From NCBI GenBank assembly GCA_951406725.2, contig OX597827.1, forward strand, positions 34,100,001 through 34,164,000: a stretch of 64,000 bases of DNA, read 5' to 3'. This document shows positions 1 to 12,352 of the stretch, piece after piece (the stretch's first letter is position 1; every line of letters begins with the position of its first letter). The translations under genes were made by a program, and so were the position numbers. The notes beneath the pieces are model-generated. The model was not told the origin of the DNA and ran no database searches. It was given only the letters and a program-made list of their open reading frames with translations. Source of the DNA: Octopus vulgaris. Lineage: Eukaryota.

Positions 1-945
1 TGCAGCCCTAAGGCTTTTTTTGCTGTATATGTATTATTTTCATTTTAATTGTTGTCTTCGTGTGGCCCTAACCCTTTATTCTGTTTATTGTTTTGTCCTA
101 ACCGTCTCGTCTCGAGCCCGTCTTGTCTTGTTATGTTTGGTCCTATTCCAGCAAGTTTCTTTCCGGTGCCTCCAGAGTGGAAGCAATGTTATCGATAGTC
201 GCCGAAATTGCGCTTTGATCTTCTGGCCAATAACTGAAGAGTAGTTGGTGACCTTCTGTGTTTTCTGTTCGTCTGTGTATTTAATATTATTCATATGTTT
301 ATTTACTAGACGTTTTCTTGGATTATATATGCATATATAATAAGGATCCCTTTTATTTTTGTCGCTGTACTTTACTACATCTATGTATGAAGAATAACGT
401 GTCGTCCATATATAGACCTCCATTCATTCCTGGAATACGTAGCTGTATCTGGGATAGGATGTAGATTCCGACGAGGTCTGTTGCCAGTGCAGAATCAGAC
501 GATCCCATTTGGAGTATCGGACCGGTTCCATAGTTTATTATCAAAATCTCCTAGGGTTCTACGCGCGGCTAATATTATGTCAGTTTCGTATCTAGAAAGA
601 TCAGAAATATTTCTAGCATAGATTAAAGCTTTGTTTAAGAGGATAGGGTTAATGTTGGCGTAATATCACTCGGTGTCTAGTTGAATGAATTTACTGTGTT
701 TATTAGTATGTAGATAGTTAAACCACCCGATTACATGTTATATGTCGGACCACAGTGCTAAAGTGCTTTTCGATATAAGTTTAGGCATAACTCTATCTAT
801 TATCGTCTTACTAATCCTCCCAATGTCCGATTTCGAGGGGCAGATTCGTCTAACTGAGGGGACAATCCTAAAATTCAGTTTATAGGATTTCAGTTTTATC
901 TGAGGTTTCCGTGGTACATAATAATGTTCAGTCCTGTCGTGTAAT
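1..945 (-). mobile_element. Degenerate Penelope-like element (PLE), reverse transcriptase remnant
   Basis: Minus-strand ORF 353..544 reads MGSSDSALATDLVGIYILSQ...NGGLYMDD, matching PLE RT motifs (MGSxD...GLYRDD). Upstream fragments CPSKSDIGRISKTIIDR and KFIQLD also fit. Broken by stops and frameshifts. Confidence 0.75.
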
Positions 946-1155
946 TTTAGGATATTTGTTTTATATAGTGTGTCAGTTTGTGCATGTCTGTATTTGCCTC
1001 ATAGTTCTGTACATATATATAATGTATGTGTGTATGTAAATATGTGTGTGTGTGAGTATGTACATATATATAGTTACTCCAAACATTAACAAAGAGAAAA
1101 CACAACAACGCAAGGATGTGGAACAAGTATAGTGTTATTGGACGCTCAGGAGAAG

Positions 1156-1188
1156 GGGAAGAAGAAGAAGAAGAAGAAGAAGAAGAAA
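1156..1188 (+). repeat. (GAA)n microsatellite
   Basis: Direct reading of the sequence. Confidence 0.9.
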
Positions 1189-1299
1189 GTAAATGAAATA
1201 AAGAAAAATGAATATATATATATAAAGATAAAACTAACAGTAATTGAAAACAGCGGGAAGGAGAGTTAAGTCCATTACGAATGAAGAAATGGAACATTT

Positions 1300-1790
1300 T
1301 GGAGTGGTCAATCTTGTTGAGTTCTTGTCAAAAGATGACCTGTTGACATGAGGCCATCTATTCAGTTCTCACAGGTAATATGGTGTACACACACACACAC
1401 ACATATGTGGAGACTTTTTGAAGTGATGTATAGATATTGTATATTGAGAATAACAAGGTAGTCAGACTGTTGGATTATTATACATATTTTTATTTGCATT
1501 TTTGGTGACCCGTGTGAAAGGTATCGTGACAGGCACTTTAATTTCCAGCCTTGGTGTGGTGAAATTCCTATTCTTTCACCTAAAAAGGAAGATAAAGGTG
1601 AATGAGTGTCTGTCGTCGGATGTATAAAAGAAAAGATGGAATATTGTAGCAAGAATGGTAGGAGTAAACGTCTCCGATTAAGAGTGTCCTGAAAGTCTTC
1701 CCAAAGGTAGCAGTGGCGGACCGGGGCTTGCGGGGCCGAAAGCAGAACCCGTTCCCCACTTCATTGTTTGTCATTCGAATTTGCATTCTA
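1300..1790 (-). mobile_element. Probable PLE linker/GIY-YIG remnant
   Basis: ORF 1580..1786 (FCFRPR...TFGKTFRTLLIGDVYSYH) weakly resembles the PLE WFNPP...IGKxFLxLID...H linker, seen more clearly at 55590..55787. Highly decayed. Confidence 0.4.
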
Positions 1791-2381
1791 GATTTTTTAT
1801 TCGTTTTTCCATATTTCCTGTGACTTTATTACCGACCACCATGAATTAATTGCGACTTTTTTTCTAGCCAAAATTGTGACTTTATTACTGGTCCCCATAT
1901 GCCATAATCGGTTATATGTTGCATGACGGCATGGAAATATACTCAGCTGTAGAAACTAAGTTAAATGATACGTTTGAAATTTTGAGGAGCAGAGGCTCCC
2001 AATAAGAAATGACACTGAGCGTGACGATCCATTCAACCCATGTCAGCATGGAAAAGGGGCATAAAATGAGTGTGTGTGTGTGTGTGCGCGCGTGTGCTTG
2101 CGAATGCGTGTATTTATATTCATGCGAGTGTATACTATAGATATTTTTATGTTTTCATTTTAGGTACATTCTACATGGCGGCCTCATTTGTGGTTTTTCC
2201 GGCGACATATAGACGCTGAATAGTTATTACTTCCAAAGAAAAACCATATTGGATATAACAATTGTTGTACTCAAAATAAATTGCAAAATGGATTATTTTG
2301 TAGTAATACTTCATCACATGAAACTATTTTCTGCTCTTAGTGGCTGCTTGTTTATATTTATATGCAAACATTTTAATTATT

Positions 2382-2506
2382 AACAATTGCAGCGTGGAAG
2401 GTGTTTATAAGCCATTTAAGAAACACACAAAAGCCGTTCGATTCACTTCAACGGCTTTTGTGTGTTTCTTAAATGGCTTATAAACACCTTCCACGCTGCA
2501 ATTGTT
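2382..2506. repeat. Perfect inverted repeat: 57-bp arms, 11-nt loop
   Basis: 2382-2438 (AACAATTGCAGCGTGG...AAGCCGTT) is the exact reverse complement of 2450-2506. Confidence 0.95.
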
Positions 2507-2785
2507 TTCGTTTCAGCACACGATCTCAGATCAAATTACTTGCTATGCGAGTACATCTCCGTAATTTTAATTATTGTTTCCCAAATAAAATCTCAGTTCA
2601 GGTTATACATTTACATTTTAACCATTATTGCGCTTTGCAGAGTGCGGACGTCTTTAGACATGACTCTGTGAAAGAGATGGATTACTGAGTTTTTTTTACT
2701 AGATGCAGAATCTTGTGCTGTGGGAAGACGGGAATATTACGCTTTGTATCATATCTTGAGGTGAAAACAAAGGATTTTGGCACTT

Positions 2786-3143
2786 CTTAAATACAGAGGT
2801 CCCGGCGCATCTAAAGGGGAGGTAATCTAGTTTTACTATAACTACTGTGACTTCACATAAGCAGCCCTTGTGTAAGTAGAAACTAAAAACTAACCCTAAC
2901 CCGCAGAGGTAAGAATACGTACTCCACCTGTTTTTTGCGTAACCCTAACCCAACTCTAAAACTAACCCTAACAGGTGTGCACTGTAAAAACATCAGATTA
3001 AAAACAGACGAAATTGTGGGAAAAAAAGCTCGGAGTAAAAACAGACGATATTGTGAGGCCCCTTACATCATTTAGTTTTGGTAAAACTAGATTTCCTCCC
3101 CTTCACATCGTTACGGAGATGCATCGTGATCTCTGTATTTAAG
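2786..3143. mobile_element. MITE-like element with imperfect TIRs and internal TAACCC units
   Basis: CTTAAATACAGAGG..GCATCT..AGGGGAGGTAATCTAGTTTTAC at the left mirrors GTAAAACTAGATTTCCTCCCCT..AGATGC..CTCTGTATTTAAG at the right. TAACCCTAACCC units lie at 2890-2972. Confidence 0.7.
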
Positions 3144-3208
3144 TAGAGCTATGTTGTTTTCATTGGATATGTTTTGATTTATCTGTAAATATTTCCCTTT
3201 GGGATCTT

Positions 3209-3413
3209 TTCAATTTGATGGCCAGATTTTTTAATTAATTTTTTTTTAAACTAAACACTTTGAAGCTTCGGATACTGGTAAACGTGTCACATAGAACAGT
3301 GTTTACTCTTAACGTTTTTGACAAAATTTTGTATTTTAGAAGTTATTTCATGTTAAAGTTTCGAAGTGTTTAGTTTTAAAAAATTAATTAAAAAATCTGG
3401 CCATCAAATTGAA
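3209..3413. repeat. Inverted repeat: ~55-bp arms, ~95-bp spacer
   Basis: TTCAATTTGATGGCCAGATTTTTTAATTAATT...CTAAACACTT (3209-3264) mirrors 3360-3413. Confidence 0.85.
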
Positions 3414-4885
3414 TTTCTTGTGCATGTCTTCTTTTTCGTCTGCTGATCACTCCTCCAAGAAATTTTGATAGACCTTCAAAAATTTTGTAAACACAAATAT
3501 ACAGGAACCAACAAATTTGATAAACAGAAAGACAAAATGGCTAGACATAAACAAGAAAACAGACATTTGCACTACACATAAATAAAAAAAAAATTCGAAG
3601 ATAGGCAAATTAAGACTGTTTTAAAGGCAGTCAATCTTTTGGTAATGTTACCTACGGAAAAACCACCTTAAATATCAAAAAGATAATGGGATATGAGACT
3701 GATGTATCACAGCATCTTCTATCTCATTACATGATGGTTTTATTGCAGAAAAAAAAGGGAGGAAAAAAGTAGTATGAACTTAGACTAAAGGTAAGAAGGA
3801 GAGGCCTACTTCTCTGAATTAGCATAAAGTTCACGGTTGTTCGAAACGAAATTAAAGAATTTAATGGGACTGCTTATAAAGAAGAAAGACACATCTTAGA
3901 AGAAAGAATGGAGTAAGTGGAACACACACGAAAACGAAATGTGTCGCTGAAGAGATCACAGATATATCAAAACATTTCCGGACAATGGACATGAATTGAA
4001 ATAATAGAATAAGAGCAGTAATAAACGAGCGAAGAAAATATATATAGTGCGTGTATTTATTTGGCAAAAAAAAAATGACCGTCCCGAAATACAACAATAT
4101 ATGTTTCTACACACGATTTCACATCAGGAATCTTGTAAAACGAATTGATAACGGTAAAAGAAACTATATAGCGATTGGATAGGAGGAAAGGGCAGAAGAT
4201 TTTGTGACAGCAGAGAAAATAGGAGACGAATATCAATTCACCATCCCACTTCCAAATGACAGACACTTGATAGATGACATCATACCAACGTGTGTGTGTG
4301 TGTGTGTGTGTGTGTGCCTGCAAGCGAAACCAAATTTGTTCTATCGGACTTTTTGGTAAAGTATTTTGACATTTAGTTTATTATTCTAAATGGCCTTATC
4401 ATGTTCCCATGGACTCGACACTTGGACATAGTAGATATATACATGTGTGTGTGTGTGGTATGATTTTTCAGCAAGTAGCTTAGCACTTAATCAGTTATGA
4501 GTAAGTACGTTATTATAATAAAAACCACAAAAATGCCTTGTAAAATACAGCTACCCAGAGTTAGACATTCTGAAAAGATAATCAGTTACCTTCTCGGTAC
4601 TAATCAGGAGACATCAGGACAAGGATGTCAGCCACAGCACCAAATGAAAGATCCTAAGATCAAAACATATTAACGAGTCAAAAAGATGTTCTATATGCTT
4701 GCTTGAAAAAGTGTATCTTTAAAAAAAAAACTAAGAACTTCCTGTGACTGCATAAATAACCAGGAGCAAGATTTTTTTTTTGTCATGTCTGCAATTTGTA
4801 AAATACATAATACATCTTGGCGGAAATTAAGGATAAACCATCAGACACATCCTAATGCATTCCAGTGTTGGTTTATGTAATCATA

Positions 4886-6408
4886 TCTATAAAAGGGATG
4901 TGTGTGTGCGTGTGTTCGTGATTGTAATTTATGCACGTCCACAAATTAGCACGCATGTCGCTCAAATTTTAGGAGGACGTTTGTCAACATCCTATCTGGG
5001 TTTTGTCGACTTATTTTTTTCCCGAGGCACCCGCGGATAGGGTAAAAATCTATTTTCAACCATAACAAATATCAGCCATTGCTTTTTGATGGCGTCTAAC
5101 AAAAAAAAAAGATAAAGAAAAGTGGAATAAGGAGGCAGAGAGTTTCACGGGAAAGACAACGTGAGAAAGGGAGAGAGAGAGAGAGAGTATGTGACTACGT
5201 TCATAAAAATTAAAATGTAAAATGTTTTGTTTTTGAATGGCACACTATATTTTATAATCATAGTATATATACTTTCTCACACAACAATTACAATATATTT
5301 ATTTTAAATCGTTCATCTTTCTCCACCCCTCCTCTCTCTCTCTCTCTCTCACACACATTACTTTGGGTGCGAAAGAGTTTTGTTTTTATTTTGCACCGAG
5401 TAAAAAAGTGTTTTGTTGACAGTCCATTTATTTAACAACAAAGAGGTGAGTAACAATTTGTCAGCGAATTACACAATATAAATGGGTACAATTTGCGAGG
5501 CTTCCACCACACCTCACTCTGTTTCACGAACCACAAAAAGGGTTTTGAGGCCAGAGTAGTTGATTCCATGCAAAAAAACCGATTTCTTTTTTACTGTAAA
5601 TCGTGCGAGTGTTAATCTACAAATTTAACAACATTTTTTCCATTCATTTCTGTTTACGAACATGTATGCGTGCACAAAACATGCAATAGGTGTACGTACG
5701 TGTGTGTATGTGTGTTCGTGTCTGTTGCCCATACATATTTATGTTATATTATATATGTCGTTTCGTTTCTTTTCTCCAAGTAAGTTTTTATATATACTTA
5801 AGACGCGAACTCTGTAATCCTTTGCTTGACCTTTCCTTCCTTCCTATCAGTCTTCCTCTTTGCCTGTCTCTCTTTTTCACCCTTTCTGGTTTCCTTTCCA
5901 CTCTACCTCTCTCTCTCACTCTTCCTCATCTCTCTCTCTCACTGCCTAGTCAACTACCTACTTCCTTTCACTGGCAGCTCTGAACTTATCCATCGTCTAG
6001 GCTTAAGACAGCCCTTAATGTTTGTTTTTTTGTCCTGTTTTTATTCTTTATGTGTACTGTATTTTTTTGTATTTGTATTTGTATTTTTATTTTGTATTTG
6101 TAATTGTATTTTATTTGTATTGCTTTTACGTCCTGTTCTTGTCACATTTTTTTCTTTCCTTGTTTTTACCCCTCTGCAAAGGAATTTTATTTTAATTCTT
6201 TCGCAGGAAGGATTAGATCGAAGGGTCGTGTTCTGTCCTTACCTTCGAAACATGCATTTAGTCGATCCAGGGACAGCTGATGAAGGGGAATATTCCTTGT
6301 ATTGTACTCTGTTTTTTCGTTGTTAAAAAAGTCCGTTTCCTAGTTGTTTTTATGCTTTCGTTTCTCGTTGTGTTCTACGTTTATTTGTGGTCTCCTGTAT
6401 TCACACAC

Positions 6409-6455
<47 letters not shown>

Positions 6456-6683
6456 CATGTATATATACATGTAGATGTAGGTACGTACATATATGTATGT
6501 ATGTATGCATATATTTTATTTATTAAATTATATATATATATAATATAACTAATTTCAATGGATTTCGCCCAAATTTGACGTCTATATTACTTAGTTTGGT
6601 TTAAAATAGAACTTGATAAAATAGAACTTGATTAGCTTAATAATCGTAACTTAATCCCGGGCAAGGCCGAGTTATACTGCTAG
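4886..6683 (+). mobile_element. Non-autonomous Helitron
   Basis: 5' A|TCTATAAAAGGG followed by a (TG)-rich tract. 3' GC-rich hairpin-like CCCGGGCAAGGCCGAG then CTAG|T at 6680-6684. Insertion between A and T with no TSD, as expected for Helitrons. Confidence 0.65.
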
Positions 6684-8181
6684 TTTTTTATATTCGTAGG
6701 ACATTTATGGCCAGTTAATTATCTCCCCTTGATTTCTCTCTCTCTTTTTCTAAATGAATAAGTTCATCCAAAAATCAATTGCATCGAACGCAATTACTGT
6801 TTTATTTTTACCAAGTTGCTAAATGGGTAAATAAATTAATATTTTGATCAGGAAACACTGGGTAATTGTTTTACACAAGGTTTTTGTGGACACACACACA
6901 AAGCAGCAGTGTGGATCAAAGATCAAAGTAATGATGTATACATTCTTTTTACTGCTTTCCTGCACACTGCTTCATGAATGGCATTTGCTGAAATATTTTG
7001 TCTCGGGGAATAAATTCACCCTCCATAGAGTTTGAGTAAAAACACAGCAATTTCCAGATGACATCACCGAACTACCAGTTCAACATAATTTCACCTACTC
7101 AGTAATAGATACCACCTCGGTCATTTGAACCTAGATGGGAACTTCTGTTCATATACAGAAAACAGTAAAAGAAAATATTTGCTGCTGCATGCTAAGTTTG
7201 CCAAACTGGAACAGAAGAACCTGTCTAGTTTCAGCCAACCGAATTAGTATCTCTCATTGAGGAGGCAAAATCACACAGCAACATGCTGTCTGGCATTCTG
7301 CTGATGTTGTTTGAAACACGATGTATCTTTACACACTACATTTAAAGGTTTGTTCTCCTAGACAACATTTTGGCAGTGAATGCCATTTCACAATCTAGTT
7401 TATAAAACATATTTTTAAAAAATAATAGACAAATCATTTTACACACACACACAATATTTTAGTTATTAAAACACTGTGTACCTGCAGTTGTACTAAATCA
7501 CAACTATTCTCTTCTGATACTAGAAAAATGCATGATCCAAACATTGTGCAATTTCGATTTGAAACTCAGCTGAAAAAGTCAAGAAAGATGATGAATAGAA
7601 CAGGCTTGCCGAACCTGGTACTATTGTACCAAATTTGGTACTTTTGGTGTGCAGTAATCTTTTGGTACTACGCTGCAATAATTTGGTATCTTTTTTCAAA
7701 TTTTTTTGCTTTATGTAAAAAAAAACAAGTTTACAGCATAAGTGAACAATATAACAATAAATACATTACATTACTATTGGACTAATTATTTTATATCAAA
7801 ATATATTTTGCGACATCTTATAATGAGGCAGTTTATAGCTAATTGGTGGTTAGTTGATATAGAACGTATTCAATACGTGTATCATATGTACCATCCAATA
7901 TCACCGGCTTGCTGCCTCTAATGCCAGTCAGTAGCCTGTTTTATACATAAGTGACAAGTGCTTCCTTACTATCTCGTTAAACTTTTATCAGTTATAAGTG
8001 ATTTATAACCCTTATGATGAGCAAGAATATGAAAGATAAACAGGGTGATAAAACTGACTAAGATTTAACTCTGCCAAAGAAACGAATTAAACAATATAAT
8101 CATACATTTGTCGAAAACTTTTATTGGATTCTCGATTTTCATCATGGTTAGAACCAAGTAAAACAAATATCGAAAGATATT

Positions 8182-9838
8182 GTGAAAGGCAGTGTAACTC
8201 ATCGGGGGAGGCACGGAAAAATGGATAAACATATTAAAAATATTAATTCAGAAAATAAAAGTGGAAAACTGACCGACTTTTTGCAGTCTGCAACTTCTGT
8301 TCATATTACAAATGTAACAGCTGCGGAACCTAAGCTTTGTTCCTTCATTGCAGAACATAACTTACCAGTGAGACTTATGGATCATTTACCTGGACTAATT
8401 CAGACTGCATGTCCTGATTCCAAAATAGCTACTCAAATATATAAAAATGTTTTAGGCCCTTATTACTTTGAAAACCTCAATAAACAGTTAAAAGAATGCA
8501 AGTTTTCATTAATTGTTGATGAAACTTCTGATGTAAGTACAAAAAAAAACAGCTTGTTCTGTTAGCTAGATTTTATGATTGTAGCACTCAAAAAATTATT
8601 GATAGTTATTTCATTCTTTTGAAAGCCAAGGATTGCTCTGCTAATGGAATTTTTTCCTCTATTAAAAGATTCTTCACCTTATATGATATTCCTTTTGAAA
8701 ATTTGATAGTATTTGCCAGTGATTTGTGTCTGTCACTCTATGCATATCTGTGCATCAAAGGCATGTTCAAATTTACCTTCATATTTAGAAGAGATTGCTA
8801 GAAGCATAAATCTATTCTTCTCAAATAGCTCAGAGACTGCAGGAATATCAAGAATTTCTGGCATTTACTCAAACAAATCCTCACAAGTTATTACATGTAA
8901 GTTGTACAAGGTAGCTATCTTTCGAACAAGTTGTCAAAAGAATACTAGAACAGTGACCTGCTCTAGTGTAATTGTTTACTACTGTTGTTTTGAAGGTAAC
9001 AACAGTACAGCTTCAAATGTACTGAACTCATTAACAAATCCAATCCCAGAAATTTATTATGCATTTTTAGCATATATTTTGATAGATATTATTAAATTGA
9101 ACTTAGATTTCCAGTCAGAAAGCTATAGAATGCACAAACCTATTACATGTGCTGTTGAGAGAATACTTGGTAATTTTGTTAAAAAAGAAACTGTGGAAAA
9201 ATAAAGAGCTACATGAAATTAACTTCAATGATCCATCAGTGTATCTTCACATAACTGAAATTTACAGAGGAGCAAAAGTTGAAAGCATCAACATAAAGAA
9301 AGCTTCATCTGTCAGTACAGCTGAATTGAAACAATTTCATGTGCAAACAATAAATTTTTATGTGTGCCTTGGGAAGGAATTTTTGCAGTGCTTCTTTGCA
9401 CATGATTTATTCCATAATCTGAAGCTTCTAGAGGCACTGGACACAGTTAGTGTTCATGATTGCAATGGTCCAAGTTCAATTGTTCCTCTGGTATGCAAAT
9501 TTCCAAAACATTGTTCAGGAGAGTCAGATTGAAGCTCTTAATAAAGAATAGAGAGAACTTAAACTTCAAGATAACAATGGCATAACTGAAGCTACCAAAC
9601 TAAAAGATTATTGGCGTAAAATTTCAAAAGAAAAATGTGGAGATGAAGCTCATTAGCCAGTCCTATCATGCTTTATGTTTCAGCTCCTATCATTACCACA
9701 TTCTTCAGTTGCAGATGAGAGAATATTTTCAGTCCTAAATAACATTAAAGTCAAGAATAGGTCTAAGCTGCATACCCAAACAATCAATGTTCTGCTACAT
9801 TCAAAAAGTCTTTTTCATGATGTAAACTGCACAACTTA
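8182..9838 (+). pseudogene. hAT transposase pseudogene
   Basis: Frameshifted fragments: FIAEHNLP, FSLIVDETSDVS (first catalytic D), FASD (second D), CVCHSMHICAS (CxxH) and LLSLPHSSVADERIFS (~9685-9732, E of the dimerisation domain). Confidence 0.9.
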
Positions 9839-9984
9839 ACACTCTACGCAGAGGTTTGTGCTAAATTAAAAGAAGGACAAGGAGATTGGTACAAAGAGGA
9901 ACCCCACCCTGTTGATAATGCAACCTTCTAATCATAAAGTGAGTACATTAAAGGTCACTTTAAAATAAAGCCCTGTATACTCTT

Positions 9985-10181
9985 TTTCATGTTTCAGTCA
10001 ATTGACTGTGGCCATGCTGGTGCCTTTAGTCAAAATAATTGACCTCAGGACTTATTCTTTGTAAGCCTACTATTTATTCTATCGATCTCTTTTGCCAAAC
10101 CACTAAGTTTCGGGGATATAAACACACCAACGTCAGTTGTCAAGTGATGGTGGTGGGATAAACACAAAGGCACACAAACAT

Positions 10182-10224
<43 letters not shown>

Positions 10225-10424
10225 TACACATATATATAGTTGAAATTTACAGAAAAACAAAAGACCAAGACAGGTGTATAAACAACAAGCAGGTGTATTA
10301 GTTTGATGCTCAGGAAGGTGAGAAAGTCTTTTACATTTCAAGCCTACACTCTTCAACAGAAAGGAACATGAGGAAATAAACAAAGAGAGAATAAAAGAAC
10401 TTTTGGAGTTAGTGGTCAATCATG

Positions 10425-10465
<41 letters not shown>

Positions 10466-10635
10466 GACAGGCTTCTTTCAGTTTCCATCAACCAAATCCA
10501 CTCACAAGGCTTTGGTTCGCCTGAGGCTATAATAGAAGACACTTGCCCAAGGTGTCACGCAGTGGCACTGAACCCAGAACCATGTGACTGGGAAGCAAAC
10601 TTTTTACCACACAATCACACATGCACCTGTATATT
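9985..10635 (-). mobile_element. Composite tRNA-derived SINE nested in the hAT element
   Basis: The reverse complement of 10465-10630 is a tRNA-like head (GTGTGGTAA...GGGTTCAG) plus a CORE-like GACACCTTGGGCAAGTG segment. The same family recurs at ~16140, 23775, 29450, 34970 and 36930. Confidence 0.75.
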
Positions 10636-11345
10636 ATAGATAATATATATTACGCATTTCAGTTGATTTATAGGTAAAATATTACAAATTTAAATTTTGG
10701 TACTTTTTGAGCAAAATTTGGTAGTTTTATTTTGCTAAATCTGTTACTTTCATCAAAATATGTTTGGCAAGTCTGGAATGGAATGCTAATTGCTTATTAG
10801 TTTGTCATTAAAACTCTCTGTAAAATGGGATGCCATCAGGAAATATATAATCATGCAGGTGATGAAACACCTGACCTGAAATTTGTAGCTCACTGTTGTT
10901 ACAATCGTTAATGTTCATCTTAATATGGTGATTGCAACAGATTGTTATTCAATTAGTTGAAAGATCTCTAACAGAATGGAAGGGAGGTAATTATTCGAGT
11001 TTCATGTAAATAAAATAGACTAAGTTGTTAGAAAGGAAAGAATGTGTGATCTACACACATCTATGATACGAAGTCTCACAGGTCCTCTCATATGTAATAT
11101 AGATTAAGAGGACTTCGATCAACTGGGATTATCCAAACAAATACTTGAGAAGGTCTTCCTCTAAGATTTGAAAACAAGCAAAGTAGAAAATTTTAATAAG
11201 ATAAATCAAAATTTTTGGACAATATAGACAATGCAGATGGGAATGGATCTGGTTCTTAAACTTAACAAACTTACTTGGACGATTGTGTGGAGATTTACAT
11301 AAGAATTACGATTGAATCAATTTTTGTGCCCATATTTCTAATTTG

Positions 11346-11700
11346 TATTAGCTATCAATAATGATTATTCCCTCTGATTTTTCTAACCCGTTTGCTAGCT
11401 CAGAACCTTACTAAGCTACGATGTTATATTAGCTATCAATAATGATTATTCCCTCTGATTTTTCTAACCCGTTTGCTAGCTCAGAACCTTACTAAGCTAC
11501 GATGTTATATTAGCTATCAATAATGATTATTCCCTCTGATTTTTCAAACCCATTTGCTAGCTCCGATTAACAGAACCTTACTAAGCCACGATGTTATAGT
11601 AGTTATCAATAATGATTATTATTCCCTCTGATTTTTCTGATTTTCAAACCTATTTATCGATAATGTTGATTTTCAAACCTATTTATCAATGTTTATTATC
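11346..11700 (+). repeat. Tandem 81-bp monomer array (2 identical units, an 89-bp variant, then degenerate)
   Basis: Units start at 11346, 11427, 11508 and 11597 (TATTAGCTATCAATAATGATTATTCCCTCTG...). A further partial copy lies at ~12136-12193. Confidence 0.9.
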
Positions 11701-12352
11701 GACAATGCCGTCCCTAGTCAAATTTCCTCACACCGCTTTATCGCCACGTGTTCCTTGACCTCTCTCTCTAACTAACCCTATCTCTCTCCCTGTTTCTCTA
11801 TGTCCCCCTCTTCCCATAACCATCATCGCCATATCTCTCTCCCTAGGTCTCTCTATGCCCCCCCCTTCCATAACCATCATCGCCATATATAAAAGAGCGA
11901 TCGCATTATCGTTAACCCCACTCGCTTCAAATTATCTAAAGACGAAATACGCACAGATCATGATTGGCTAAAGCTAAGTGAATCATTCAACCTCGCTACG
12001 ACTACCTTCTATCTTGCACTTATCTTTATTCTTTCACTATTCTTCAATTTCCATCTCATTGTATTGTTCCTCATTCTTTCAGTATTCCCTCATTACCCTG
12101 TCTAGCTCAAACATTTTTTTCGTTTAGTCTTGCCACTCTGATTTTTCAAACCCATTTGCTAGCTCCGATTTAACAGAACCATACTAACCTACGGTGCAGC
12201 CGCCCTCCCACCACACATGCCGGAAGTTCCTATTCTTTGCCATTCCGGAGTTGCTTCCCATGAAGACTGCAAATGCTCTCACCATCCCTACCCCTAGTCT
12301 CGACCTATGTAAGGTAATGTTCATACAGTGCAAAATATGAAAGGCTAGTGTT

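Larger units (their letters stand above)
7601..10775 (+). mobile_element. Full-length decayed hAT-superfamily DNA transposon
   Basis: TIRs CAGGCTTGCCGAAC (7601) and GTTTGGCAAGTCTG (10762-10775) match 12/14. The 8-bp TSD GAATAGAA/GAATGGAA matches 7/8. Contains a transposase relic and subterminal TTTGGTA repeats. Confidence 0.85.

Noticed and set aside
10465-10630. tRNA gene
   Set aside because: The tRNA-like A/B boxes belong to SINE heads and there is no complete cloverleaf.
11346-11700. CRISPR-like repeat array
   Set aside because: The units are contiguous tandem copies without unique spacers, there are no cas genes, and the context is eukaryotic.
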